Positions 31,350-40,608 of a DNA stretch of 64,000 nt are shown piece by piece. The notes beneath the pieces are model-generated. The model was not told the DNA's origin. It worked only from the letters and a program-made list of their open reading frames with translations, and made no database searches. Both the position numbers and the translations under genes were made by a program. The DNA comes from an uncultured Chloroflexia bacterium. GTDB taxonomy: Bacteria; Chloroflexota; Limnocylindria; Limnocylindrales; CSP1-4. Each line of letters begins with the position of its first letter. Within the stretch, counting starts at the first letter, position 1. The stretch covers positions 512,001-576,000 of the forward strand of contig CAWHXD010000008.1 in the NCBI GenBank assembly GCA_963833225.1, written 5' to 3'.

Positions 31350-31772
31350 ATGAAGCTGTACCTCGCCGGTCCCCTGTTCACGACGCCCGAGCGCCAGTGG
31401 AACGAGGCGCTCGCGGCACGACTCGAGGCCGCCGGCCACGAGGTCTTCGTGCCGCACCTCCACCCGCCTCGCGAACGGGCGGCCCGGACGATCTTCCTCA
31501 AGGACAAGGCGGGGATCGATTGGGCGGACGGCGTCGTGGCCATCATGGACGGCCCCGACCCGGACTCCGGGACGGCCTGGGAGTGTGGCTACGCGTTCGG
31601 CCTGGGCAAGCCGGTCGTCCTGTTCCGGAGCGATTTCCGGGCATCGGGCGACTCGACGGACATGCCCTACAACGCCATGCTCGTCGGGGCCGCCAATGCC
31701 CACATCGAGCTGCCGCTCGCCACCGAGGACCAGGCCGCGGCCGCCATCGTCGAGGCGCTCGCCGGTCTCTGA
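31350..31772 (+). CDS. Nucleoside 2-deoxyribosyltransferase / nucleotide N-glycosidase family protein
   Basis: YLAGPLF, DG.DPDSGTAWECGYA and YNAML motifs. Confidence 0.88.
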   Translation: MKLYLAGPLFTTPERQWNEALAARLEAAGHEVFVPHLHPPRERAARTIFLKDKAGIDWADGVVAIMDGPDPDSGTAWECGYAFGLGKPVVLFRSDFRASGDSTDMPYNAMLVGAANAHIELPLATEDQAAAAIVEALAGL

Positions 31773-31779
31773 GGCGCGC

Positions 31780-31836
31780 CGACCCCGCCGCGAGAGGCGG
31801 GCGACCCCGCCGCGAGAGGCGGGCGACCCCGCCGCG
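31780..31836. repeat. 22-bp tandem repeat (2.6 copies) of a hairpin-forming unit
   Basis: CGACCCCGCCGCGAGAGGCGGG at 31780 and 31802, partial at 31824. Internal CCCGCC/GGCGGG stem. Confidence 0.8.
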
Positions 31837-31865
31837 GAACGCCCGCGGTCTCGTACCATCGCGCC

Positions 31866-32759
31866 ATGAAGACTGGACTCGTGCTCCCGATGTCGGACGC
31901 GGACGCCCCCGGAGCGGGCTCCTGGCCGCGGATCCGCAAGCTCGCGTTGCTCGCGGAAGCGGGCGGGATCGACAGCCTGTGGGTCTACGACCACTTCATC
32001 TTCCGCGGTCTCGACGAGGAGGACGGCGGCATCCACGAGGCGTGGACCCTGCTCTCGGCGCTGGCGGCGGTGACGGACCGGGCGGCCCTTGGCACGATCG
32101 TGCTGGGCACCGGCTTCCGGCCGCCCGCGCTCACCGCGAAGATGGCGGCGACGCTCGATGAGGTGTCCGACGGCCGGCTCATCCTGGGGCTCGGCACGGG
32201 CTGGCACGAGCCCGAGTACCGCGCGTTCGGCTACCCCTTCGACCACCGGGCCGGCCGGTTCGAGGAGACGCTCCAGATCATCGTCCCGCTGCTCCGGGGC
32301 GAGCACGTGACGTTGGACGGCCAGTGGCACCAGGTGGAGGACGCCTTCCTGATCCCGCCGCCTCCCCGTCCCACGCGCCTTCCGGGCACGGTCCCCATCC
32401 TGATCGCGGCCAAGGGCGAGCGCGTCCTGCGGCTGACCGCCCGCTGGGCCGATGCCTGGAACACGGCCTGGTTCGGTCTTCCCGACGAGCGGTTCGCCGG
32501 GCGGCGCGCGGACCTGCGGGCCGCCTGCGAGGCCGAGGGTCGAGACCCGGGCACGCTCGAGGTCACCGTCGGGGTGTCCGTCGGCGAGGACGGGGCGTCG
32601 AGCCTGCCGCTGGATGCGGACGCGGTGGCGCGAGCCCTCGACGCGTGGCGCGACGAGGGCGTCGGACACGTCCAGGTCTCGCTGGGAAGCGTCGATGAAC
32701 GGACCGTGGAGGTGATCCTCGAGGCGCGCGCCCGGCACCTCGGCGAGACGGTTCCGTGA
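31866..32759 (+). CDS. LLM-class flavin-dependent oxidoreductase
   Basis: WVYDHF, AKMAATLD.VS.GRL.LGLG.GW and ADAWN motifs. TACCAT -10 box 6 nt before ATG. Confidence 0.9.
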   Translation: MKTGLVLPMSDADAPGAGSWPRIRKLALLAEAGGIDSLWVYDHFIFRGLDEEDGGIHEAWTLLSALAAVTDRAALGTIVLGTGFRPPALTAKMAATLDEVSDGRLILGLGTGWHEPEYRAFGYPFDHRAGRFEETLQIIVPLLRGEHVTLDGQWHQVEDAFLIPPPPRPTRLPGTVPILIAAKGERVLRLTARWADAWNTAWFGLPDERFAGRRADLRAACEAEGRDPGTLEVTVGVSVGEDGASSLPLDADAVARALDAWRDEGVGHVQVSLGSVDERTVEVILEARARHLGETVP

Positions 32760-33586
32760 CGGGCGCGCCCGGGGAGCCGCCGAACGAGCCCCGAGCCGTG
32801 CCGCCGGAGGAGCCGCTGCCCGAGCACGTCGCCATCAACCGGGCGTGGTGGGATGACGAGGCGGCGCGGTACGTCGAGCCTGGCGAGCGCGCGTGGCGGA
32901 CGCAGCCCGGCGACGAGGACTGGGGCATGTTCGACGTGCCCGAGTCGGAGCTGCGGATGCTCCCCGACGATCTCGCGGGCCTCGACGCGATCGAGCTCGG
33001 CTGCGGCACGGCGTACGTGTCGGCGTGGATGGCGCGGCGTGGGGCCAGGCCGGTGGGGATCGACAACTCCGCGAAGCAGCTCGAGACGGCCGCCCGCCTC
33101 CAGCGGGAGCACGGGATCGAGTTCCCGCTCATCCATGGGAACGCGGAACGGGTCCCCTACCCCGACGCCTCGTTCGACTTCGCGATCAGCGAGTACGGCG
33201 CGGTCCTGTGGGCCGACCCGGAGGCGTGGGTGCCCGAGGCCGCCCGCCTGCTGCGCCCGGGTGGCCGGCTCCACGTCCTGACCAACCACGTGCTCTCCAT
33301 CCTCGCGACCGCCGAGGATGCGGGCGACGACGACCCCATCGAGGAGCGTCTGGCGCGCAGCGCCTTCGGGCCGGCCCGCGTGGCGTGGCCGGACGGCAGC
33401 AGCGTGGAGTTCCATCCGTCGCACGGGGAATGGATCCGCCTGTTCCGGTCGGCCGGCTTCGAGATCGAGGCCCTGCTGGAGCCACAGGCGCCCGAGGGGG
33501 CCACGACCCGGTACGCCTGGGCGCCGTATGCGTGGGCTCGCCGGTGGCCGATCGAGGAGGTCTGGAAGGTCCGCAAGCGCGGCTGA
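32756..33586 (+). CDS. Class I SAM-dependent methyltransferase
   Basis: IELGCGTA, SFDFAISEYG and LLRPGG motifs. Confidence 0.9.
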   Translation: MTGAPGEPPNEPRAVPPEEPLPEHVAINRAWWDDEAARYVEPGERAWRTQPGDEDWGMFDVPESELRMLPDDLAGLDAIELGCGTAYVSAWMARRGARPVGIDNSAKQLETAARLQREHGIEFPLIHGNAERVPYPDASFDFAISEYGAVLWADPEAWVPEAARLLRPGGRLHVLTNHVLSILATAEDAGDDDPIEERLARSAFGPARVAWPDGSSVEFHPSHGEWIRLFRSAGFEIEALLEPQAPEGATTRYAWAPYAWARRWPIEEVWKVRKRG

Positions 33587-33668
33587 GCCGGGCGGTCGCC
33601 CGCCCGGCTCGAGGGTCCGCGGCTGGTGGCCCGGGGGAGTCGGCACCCAGGCTGGGTGGTCCGGCAGG

Positions 33669-34178
33669 TCAGCTTGCGACGTGGATCACCCGCTCGCAGT
33701 CGGCCGCCACGGTGTCGGTCGGACCGACGATCACGACATCCCAGCCGCGGCCACACGAGACCACGTCCGCCGCGTTGTCGTAGCCGACGGTGATGACGTC
33801 ATTGCCCGGGCCACCAAAGATGCGGTCACGGCCCCCACCACCGGTGATCGTGTCGCGGCCCTGGCCGCCGCGGATCCGGTCCGCGCCGCCGCCACCGCGG
33901 ATGACGTCCGGACCCGGGCCGCCGTAGAGCCGGTCGTCGCCCGCGTTGCCACGGAGCCGGTCCCGGCCGGCGTCGCCCCACAGCTCGTCATCGCCGGCGA
34001 GCCCGGTCAGCACGTCGTTCCCGGCCAGGCCGTGGATGACATCGGCCTCGGCGGTGCCTTCAAGCCGGTCGTTGTCCGGCGTGCCGTCGATGGTCGCGGC
34101 GAGCGTGGTCGCCGGGAGGGCGAGGGCCGCCAGCAGCGCCACCGCTGCGACTCCCCGCCGTGCAATGTGGATCGACAT
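33669..34178 (-). CDS. Secreted RTX/hemolysin-type Ca-binding repeat protein
   Basis: Signal peptide, about ten GGxGxDxUx nonapeptides, C-terminal CG.G.D...D....DCE. Confidence 0.85.
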   Translation of the reverse strand: MSIHIARRGVAAVALLAALALPATTLAATIDGTPDNDRLEGTAEADVIHGLAGNDVLTGLAGDDELWGDAGRDRLRGNAGDDRLYGGPGPDVIRGGGGADRIRGGQGRDTITGGGGRDRIFGGPGNDVITVGYDNAADVVSCGRGWDVVIVGPTDTVAADCERVIHVAS

Positions 34179-34386
34179 GGATCTGAGCCTCCGATTGATG
34201 GGCCCGGCCCCTCCGGGCAACACGCCAACCGTCGCGGCCGGGCCTGTGTGATGCCTGTGAACCAGCCACGAACGGGCGCACAAGCGGGCGCACGCGCCGG
34301 CAGGCCAAAACGGCTTGCATCGGGCGTCATGCGTGCCCCACCATGGGCCGAACGCGGTCGGGCCGAGACGAGGGAGACACAACCGC

Positions 34387-35388
34387 ATGACCATCGACAC
34401 GCCAGCCACCGGCTCAGCGGTTCCCGGCGAGGCTCGGGATCAGCGGCCGGTCGTCCTCGACGTCCGGGACCTGCGCAAGCGCTACGGCGCGATCGAGGCC
34501 GTCAAGGGCGTCTCGTTCCGGATCCACGAGGGCGAGACCTACGGGCTGCTCGGTCCCAACGGGGCGGGCAAGACGACGACGATCTCGATGGTCTGCGGGC
34601 TGCTCGCGAGCGACGCGGGCGAGGTGACGCTTGACGGCACGCCGATCGATGTCGGGGCGGTGGCGGCCAAGGCCGGCATCGGCTACGTGCCCCAGGAGCT
34701 GGCCATCTACCCCGATCTCTCCGCCCGCGAGAACCTCGTGTTCTTCGGCCGGCTGTACGGCCTGGGCGGGGCCGGGCTCAAGGCCCGGGTGGAGGAGGTC
34801 CTCGACCTGGTCGGGCTTGCCGAGCGTGGCAACGACCGCACGGACCGCTACAGCGGCGGCATGCAGCGCCGGCTCAACATCGGCATCGGGCTGCTCCACC
34901 GGCCACGCCTGCTCCTCCTCGACGAGCCCACCGTGGGCGTGGATCCCCAGAGCCGGAACGCGATCCTGGAGTCGATCGCGGCGCTCGGCCGGGAGGGCAT
35001 GGCCATCCTGTACACGACCCACTACATGGAAGAGGCGGAACGCCTGTGTGACCGGATCGGGATCATCGACGGTGGGGAGATCCGCGCGGAGGGGACCCAG
35101 AAGCAGCTGGTCACCCTCATCGGACAGCAGGAGCAGGTGCGGCTGACGCTCAACGGCGACGTCCTCGGGGCATCGCGGGCGGCGACCGCGGTCCCCGGCG
35201 TGACATCGGCAGGCGTGCTGGGCGACGTGCTCGAGGTCCTCACCGGCGACACCGGCCGCGTGCTGCCTCGGCTGCTCGTCGCCGTCGAGGGCGCCGGCGC
35301 CCATGTCCGGGGCGTGGAGCTCGTGGCGCCGGACCTCGAAGCCGTCTTCCTGCACCTCACCGGGCGCGCGCTGCGCGACGTCGAGTAG
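34387..35388 (+). CDS. ABC-2 exporter ATP-binding protein (LnrL/YfiL-like)
   Basis: GPNGAGKT, YSGGM, LDEPTVGVDPQSR and TTHYMEEAE motifs. Confidence 0.92.
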   Translation: MTIDTPATGSAVPGEARDQRPVVLDVRDLRKRYGAIEAVKGVSFRIHEGETYGLLGPNGAGKTTTISMVCGLLASDAGEVTLDGTPIDVGAVAAKAGIGYVPQELAIYPDLSARENLVFFGRLYGLGGAGLKARVEEVLDLVGLAERGNDRTDRYSGGMQRRLNIGIGLLHRPRLLLLDEPTVGVDPQSRNAILESIAALGREGMAILYTTHYMEEAERLCDRIGIIDGGEIRAEGTQKQLVTLIGQQEQVRLTLNGDVLGASRAATAVPGVTSAGVLGDVLEVLTGDTGRVLPRLLVAVEGAGAHVRGVELVAPDLEAVFLHLTGRALRDVE

Positions 35389-35403
35389 CGGGCGGGATCC
35401 GGC

Positions 35404-36607
35404 GTGCGCGTCATCCTGCTCGTCGCGGCGAAGGACCTGCGCCAGCGGATCCGCGATCGCACGGCGCTGCTCGTGTCCATCGTTGCCCCGCTCGGGCTGG
35501 CGGTCATCTTCAGCCAGCTGCTGGCCGGGACGTCCCACTTCGGGGCCGTCTACGTCGTCGCCGACATGGATGGCGGCGAGCTCGCCAGGATCCTGCGCCA
35601 GGACGTGCTCGGATCGCTCGAGAGCGACCCGGCGTTCACCATCACCGACGTCCCGACCGAGGCGGCTGCGCGTACCGCCGTCGAGGATGAGGTCGCCGAC
35701 GCGGCATTCATCGTCCCTCCCGGGTTCACGATGGCCATCTCGGCCGGACAGGCGGTGACCCTCGAGGTGGTCGGTGCACGCGATGCGGGTCTCGGGACCG
35801 AGGTGGCTCGGGCCTTGGCCCAGCGGTTTGGAGACGGGGTCGTGACCGTGCAGCTTTCGGTCGCCACCGCGAGGACGCTGGCCGGCGCGGCCGCGTCTCC
35901 GGGCGCCACGTCCGACCCGGCGCTCGATGGGCGGATCGTCGCGGCCGCCTCGACCGCGGCCCCGCCGGTCCGGATCGTGGACGACACCACGGACCTGCGC
36001 CAGCTTGCCCTCCCGACCTACTTCTCGGCGTCGATGGCCGATCATGTTCCTGTTCTTCTCGGCCCAGACGGGTCTGGTGAGCCTGTTCGAGGAACGGCGG
36101 CACGGAACCCTCGGGCGGATCCTGGCGGGGCCTGTCCGGCCGTGGACCGTGCTGGCGGGCAAGACGCTCGGCTCGTTCCTCCAGGCCACCGCCGCCATGA
36201 CCGTGCTGGTGATCGCCACCACACTGCTGATCGGGGCGGCGTGGGGACCACCGGTCGGCGTCGTGCTCATGGTCGGCGGTGCGATCACGGCGGCCATCGG
36301 GATATCGGCCCTGGTGATCTCGTTCACGCGCACCGCGGAGGCGGCCGGGGCCGCGAGCTCCGCCGTGGCCATCACGCTGGCCGTCCTCGGTGGCTCGTTC
36401 TCGCCGGCCGCGGCGCAGGCGCCGGACATCATGGCGACCGTGTCGCTGCTCACGCCGCACGGCTGGTTCCTGCGCGGCCTCGGTGAGATGCAGGGCGGCG
36501 GATCCGTCGTGGACGCACTGCCCGCCGTCGGGGTGCTGTTCGCGATGGGGCTGGTGACCGGGGTCATCGGCCTGCGACGGGCACGATCCGTGGTGCGGGC
36601 ACGATGA
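35404..36607 (+). CDS. ABC-2 exporter permease (frameshift near 36040)
   Basis: KDLRQRIRD N-terminus. C-half EERRHGTLGRI...GK...TPHGW is in the +1 frame after ATGGCCGATC. Confidence 0.85.
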
Positions 36608-37779
36608 CCGGCCTGACCAAGGTCGTCGCGATCGGATGGGCGAACCTGCTCCGCCAGGTCCGCGACCGGAGCGACCTGTTCTTCGTGTTCGTGCTGCCGA
36701 CGATCATCATCATCGCGCTCGGACTCCAGTTCGGCGGCACCTCCCGGGCGCGACTGGGGATCGTTGCCCCCGCCGGCGACACCGCGGCCGAGGAGCTGGT
36801 CACCACGCTCACGGCCGATGGGACCCGGTTCGACATCCGGCTGCTCACGGATGCCGCGACCCTCCGAGCAGAGGTCGAGCGCGGCCGGCTCGAGGCCGGC
36901 CTGCTGATCCCGGACGGGTTCAGCGCGGGGCTCGACGGGACGGGCACCGTCGAGGTCCGCTACCTGGGCACGACCGATTCGCTGACCGCCGGGCTCCGGG
37001 CCCCCATCGAGGCGGCCGTCGCGCAGCTTGGCGCGATCACCACGGCTACCCGGGTATCGGTGGCCGAGGGCCTCGGCACCCCGGACCAGGCCCGCGTCGC
37101 GGCCGTCGAGGCGTACGCGACTGTGCCCGGCGTCGAGGTGTCGGTGACGCAGGTCGGTGAGCCCGGGTTGTTCGCCGGGTTCTCGCAGTTCACCTTTGGC
37201 GCGTCGACCCAGCTGGTGCTGTTCACGTTCCTGACGTCGATGACCGCCGCCGGCCGGCTCGTGTACTCCAAGCAGCTCGGGATCTCGCGACGGATGACCG
37301 CCACCCCCACGTCGGCGTGGACCATCGTCGCCGGCGAGGCGCTGGGGCGGTACCTCGTCGCCGTCCTCCAGGCGGGCTACATCGTGGCCGTCACCGCCGT
37401 TGCGTTCAATGTCGCCTGGGGCGATCCATTCGCCGTCGCGGCGCTGATGGGCCTGTTCTGTCTCGTCGCTGCGGCCACTGCCCTGCTGTTCGGGGCCGTG
37501 TCGCAGAACGCCGACCAGGCCTCGTCACTGGGGGTCTTCGCGGGCCTTGCGCTGGGGGCGCTGGGCGGCTGCATGATCCCGTTCCAGATCATGCCCGCCG
37601 CGATGCAGTCGCTCGCCCGGCTGCTCCCCCACTCCTGGGCCCTGCTCGGGCTCCAGGAGCTGGTGACCACCGGCGAGGGCGTTGGCGCCGTGCTGCCGAA
37701 CATCGCGGTGCTCGCCGGGTTTGCCGTGGTGCTGATGGGCCTTGCCGGCTGGCGGTTCCGCAAGGCGATCACCGGGTAG
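36604..37779 (+). CDS. ABC-2 exporter permease
   Basis: RDR..LFFVFVLP, LGGCM.P and LPHSWA motifs. ATGA overlap. Confidence 0.9.
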   Translation: MTGLTKVVAIGWANLLRQVRDRSDLFFVFVLPTIIIIALGLQFGGTSRARLGIVAPAGDTAAEELVTTLTADGTRFDIRLLTDAATLRAEVERGRLEAGLLIPDGFSAGLDGTGTVEVRYLGTTDSLTAGLRAPIEAAVAQLGAITTATRVSVAEGLGTPDQARVAAVEAYATVPGVEVSVTQVGEPGLFAGFSQFTFGASTQLVLFTFLTSMTAAGRLVYSKQLGISRRMTATPTSAWTIVAGEALGRYLVAVLQAGYIVAVTAVAFNVAWGDPFAVAALMGLFCLVAAATALLFGAVSQNADQASSLGVFAGLALGALGGCMIPFQIMPAAMQSLARLLPHSWALLGLQELVTTGEGVGAVLPNIAVLAGFAVVLMGLAGWRFRKAITG

Positions 37780-37809
37780 CGCCGGACCGGGAGGGTGGCT
37801 TGCGCCCCG

Positions 37810-38235
37810 CCGGCACCGCCGCGGCGCACCCCGGGGGGGCGCCTGCCTCCCGGCACCGCCGCGGCGCATCCCTCGCCGGCCCAGGCGCACCCCTCGCCGG
37901 GCCGAGGCGCCCGTCTCCGCCGCACCCCTCCGCCCGCCCCGCGCAGGCCCGAAAGATCACCACCCGTGATCAACAACGGGAATTCCGCCGGCCCCTGGCG
38001 AGATCTCGGTAAGACGATCAGCAGTGGTGATCTTCTCGCGTGAATCGCCCCTCGATTCGCGTGAACCGGGGAGTCGGAGGCCTGCAAGCCCGTCGCTGAT
38101 CAGCAGTCGTGATCGTCTCGCGTGAATCACGGCCCCCGGCCGGGGCGTGACGGATCGAGGCCCGTGGTCGTGCCGCGGCCGCTCACGGCCCCCGGCCGGG
38201 GCGTGACGGATCGAGGCCCGTGGCCGTGCCACGGC
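37810..38235. repeat. REP-like repeat island with inverted motif pair and tandem duplications
   Basis: AAGATCACCACCCGTGATC (37953-37971) inverted to GATCAGCAGTGGTGATCTT (38016-38034). 31-bp near-direct copy at 38098-38128. 56-bp-period duplication at 38127/38183. 19-bp duplication at 37810/37850. Confidence 0.75.
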
Positions 38236-38260
38236 GGGGCGCGGCTCGAATCCGGGCCGC

Positions 38261-38289
38261 TTGCACCCCGGCGCCCTGTCGCATATGCT
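38261..38289 (+). promoter_or_regulatory. Sigma70-like promoter of the marR-ABC operon
   Basis: TTGCAC-17bp-TATGCT. Confidence 0.6.
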
Positions 38290-38326
38290 TCACGCCGCAT
38301 TGATCTTCTACCCAAGACAAAGGGCT

Positions 38327-38884
38327 ATGGACCGTCAGGCAACCCTCTCGCACATCCTCGAGGAGCTGGGCACGCACAGCCCGGCGCAGGCGATGCACAA
38401 CATGCGGCACTGGCCGGGCGGCCGCATGTCGCTCGTCCATCTCAACGTGCTGTTCATCCTCGAGGCCGACGGCCCGCTGCCGATGCGTGGCCTCGCCGAA
38501 GCGATGGACGTGAGCCAGGCGAGCGCGACCGGCATCGTGGACCGGATGGAGCAGCGCGGTCTGGTCGAGCGCCAGCGCGATGACGAGGACCGCCGTGTGG
38601 TCCGGGTCGCCATCACGGACGAGGGCCTGCAGCTGGTCGCGAGCATGGCCAACGAGCGTCGCGAACACCTCGTGCAGATGCTCGGCGAGTTCACCGACGA
38701 TGAGCTTGCCGCCTTCCTGACCGGTGCCCTCGCCATGCGACGGGCCCGGGAGCGCCTCTACGCGGCAGCCCACGACCCGGCCCACGACCCGGCGACCCGC
38801 AACCCAGGGGCCCACGACCCGGCGGCCCACGACTCGGCCCACCACCAAGACCCCAGGCCAGACCCGCAGGAGACGTCGCGATGA
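38327..38884 (+). CDS. MarR-family regulator
   Basis: ATGIVDRME.RGLVER.RD..DRRV..V.IT.EG motif. C-terminal AHDP repeats. Confidence 0.9.
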   Translation: MDRQATLSHILEELGTHSPAQAMHNMRHWPGGRMSLVHLNVLFILEADGPLPMRGLAEAMDVSQASATGIVDRMEQRGLVERQRDDEDRRVVRVAITDEGLQLVASMANERREHLVQMLGEFTDDELAAFLTGALAMRRARERLYAAAHDPAHDPATRNPGAHDPAAHDSAHHQDPRPDPQETSR

Positions 38885-40608
38885 TCCCCATCCTCCGCCG
38901 GTATCTCGCGCCGTACCGGTGGCCGATCGTGCTGGTGGTCGTGCTGCTGCTGATCCAGGCGATCGCCAACCTGTACCTGCCGGAGCTCAACGCGGACATC
39001 ATCAACAACGGCGTCGCCAAGGGCGACACGGACTACATCCTGCGCACCGGCGGCTTCATGCTCGTGGTCACCTTCGCGCTGATGATCGCCTCGATCATCG
39101 CCGTGTTCTTCAGCGCCAGGGTCGCGATGGGCTTCGGGCGCGACGTGCGCTCGGCGATCTTCCGCACGGTGGAGACCTTCAGCCAGGTGGAGGTCAACCA
39201 TTTCGGTGCGGCGAGCCTGATCACCCGCAACACGAACGATGTCCAGCAGATCCAGCAGGTTGTCCTGCTGGCGCTGAACATGATGATCAGCGCCCCGATC
39301 CTCACCGTGGGCGGCGTGATCATGGCCCTCCGCCAGGACGTGCCCCTGACCGGGATCCTGCTCGTGATCATCCCGATCATGACCGTGCTCATCCTGGTCG
39401 TGATGAGCCGCGCGATCCCGTTGTTCCAGGCGATGCAGCGCAAGCTCGACCGCATCAACCTGGTGATGCGCGAGAAGCTGACCGGCATCCGGGTGATCCG
39501 GGCGTTCGTGCGCACGGAGTTCGAGGAGGAGCGCTTCGACGTCGCGTCGCTCGACCTCATGGACACGGGCCTGCGCGTGAACCGCCTGTTCGCGATCACG
39601 ATGCCGGCCCTGATGCTGATCATGAACCTGTCGACCGTCGCGGTCCTTTGGCTCGGCTCCTACCGGGTCGACTCGGGCGAGATGCCGATCGGCAATCTGA
39701 CCGCGTTCCTGCAGTACATCATCCAGATCCTGTTCGCGATCATGATGGCGGTGATCATGTTCGTGATGGTCCCCCGTGCGGCCGTCTCCGCGGGGCGCAT
39801 CCGCGAGGTCCTCCAGACGGAGCCCTCGATCTTTGACCCGCCCACGCCCATCTCTCCCGAGCGTCGCGGCCGGGTGGAGTTCCACGACGTGGAGTTCCGT
39901 TATCCGGGCGCCGAGGAGCCCGTGCTCACGCACATCTCCTTCGTGGCCAACCCCGGTGAGACGACGGCGATCGTCGGCTCCACCGGCTCCGGCAAGTCCA
40001 CCCTGGTCAACCTGTTGCCACGGCTCTACGACGCCACCGGCGGCGAGGTGCTGGTCGATGGCGTCAGCGTCCGCGACATGGATCGCCAGGACCTGTGGCG
40101 CCGGATCGGCATGGTGCCCCAGAAGGCATTCCTGTTCGGTGGCACGGTCGGCAGCAACGTGCGCTACGGCGATGAGCAGGCAACCGACGACGAGGTGTGG
40201 CGAGCCCTCCAGATCGCGCAGGGTCGCGACTTCGTCTCGGAGATGGCCGAGCAGCTGGAGGCGCCGATCACCCAGGGCGGAACCAACGTCTCGGGCGGCC
40301 AGCGCCAGCGCCTCGCGATCGCCAGGGCGCTCGCGAGAAAGCCGGACATCTACGTCTTTGACGACAGCTTCAGCGCCCTCGACTTCCGGACCGATGCCCG
40401 CCTGCGGGCGGCAATCGGCCGGGAGCTGGGCGGAGCGACGGTGATCATCGTCGCCCAGCGCGTCGGGACCATCCTCCACGCCGACCGGATCGTCGTCCTG
40501 GAGAACGGCGGGGTCGCCGGGATCGGCACCCACGATGAGCTGATGACCACCTGCGAGACGTACCGCGAGATCGTCCTGTCCCAGGTCACCGAGGAGGAGG
40601 TCGCATGA
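38881..40608 (+). CDS. Heterodimeric ABC exporter subunit (TM287-like)
   Basis: TMD plus NBD with GSTGSGKST, VSGGQRQ and degenerate FDDSFSALD. Confidence 0.93.
   Translation: MIPILRRYLAPYRWPIVLVVVLLLIQAIANLYLPELNADIINNGVAKGDTDYILRTGGFMLVVTFALMIASIIAVFFSARVAMGFGRDVRSAIFRTVETFSQVEVNHFGAASLITRNTNDVQQIQQVVLLALNMMISAPILTVGGVIMALRQDVPLTGILLVIIPIMTVLILVVMSRAIPLFQAMQRKLDRINLVMREKLTGIRVIRAFVRTEFEEERFDVASLDLMDTGLRVNRLFAITMPALMLIMNLSTVAVLWLGSYRVDSGEMPIGNLTAFLQYIIQILFAIMMAVIMFVMVPRAAVSAGRIREVLQTEPSIFDPPTPISPERRGRVEFHDVEFRYPGAEEPVLTHISFVANPGETTAIVGSTGSGKSTLVNLLPRLYDATGGEVLVDGVSVRDMDRQDLWRRIGMVPQKAFLFGGTVGSNVRYGDEQATDDEVWRALQIAQGRDFVSEMAEQLEAPITQGGTNVSGGQRQRLAIARALARKPDIYVFDDSFSALDFRTDARLRAAIGRELGGATVIIVAQRVGTILHADRIVVLENGGVAGIGTHDELMTTCETYREIVLSQVTEEEVA

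Noticed and set aside
33669-34178. RTX toxin with type I secretion
   Set aside because: Short protein with a Sec-type signal peptide and no toxin domain. The adjacent ABC system is ABC-2 type, not HlyBD.
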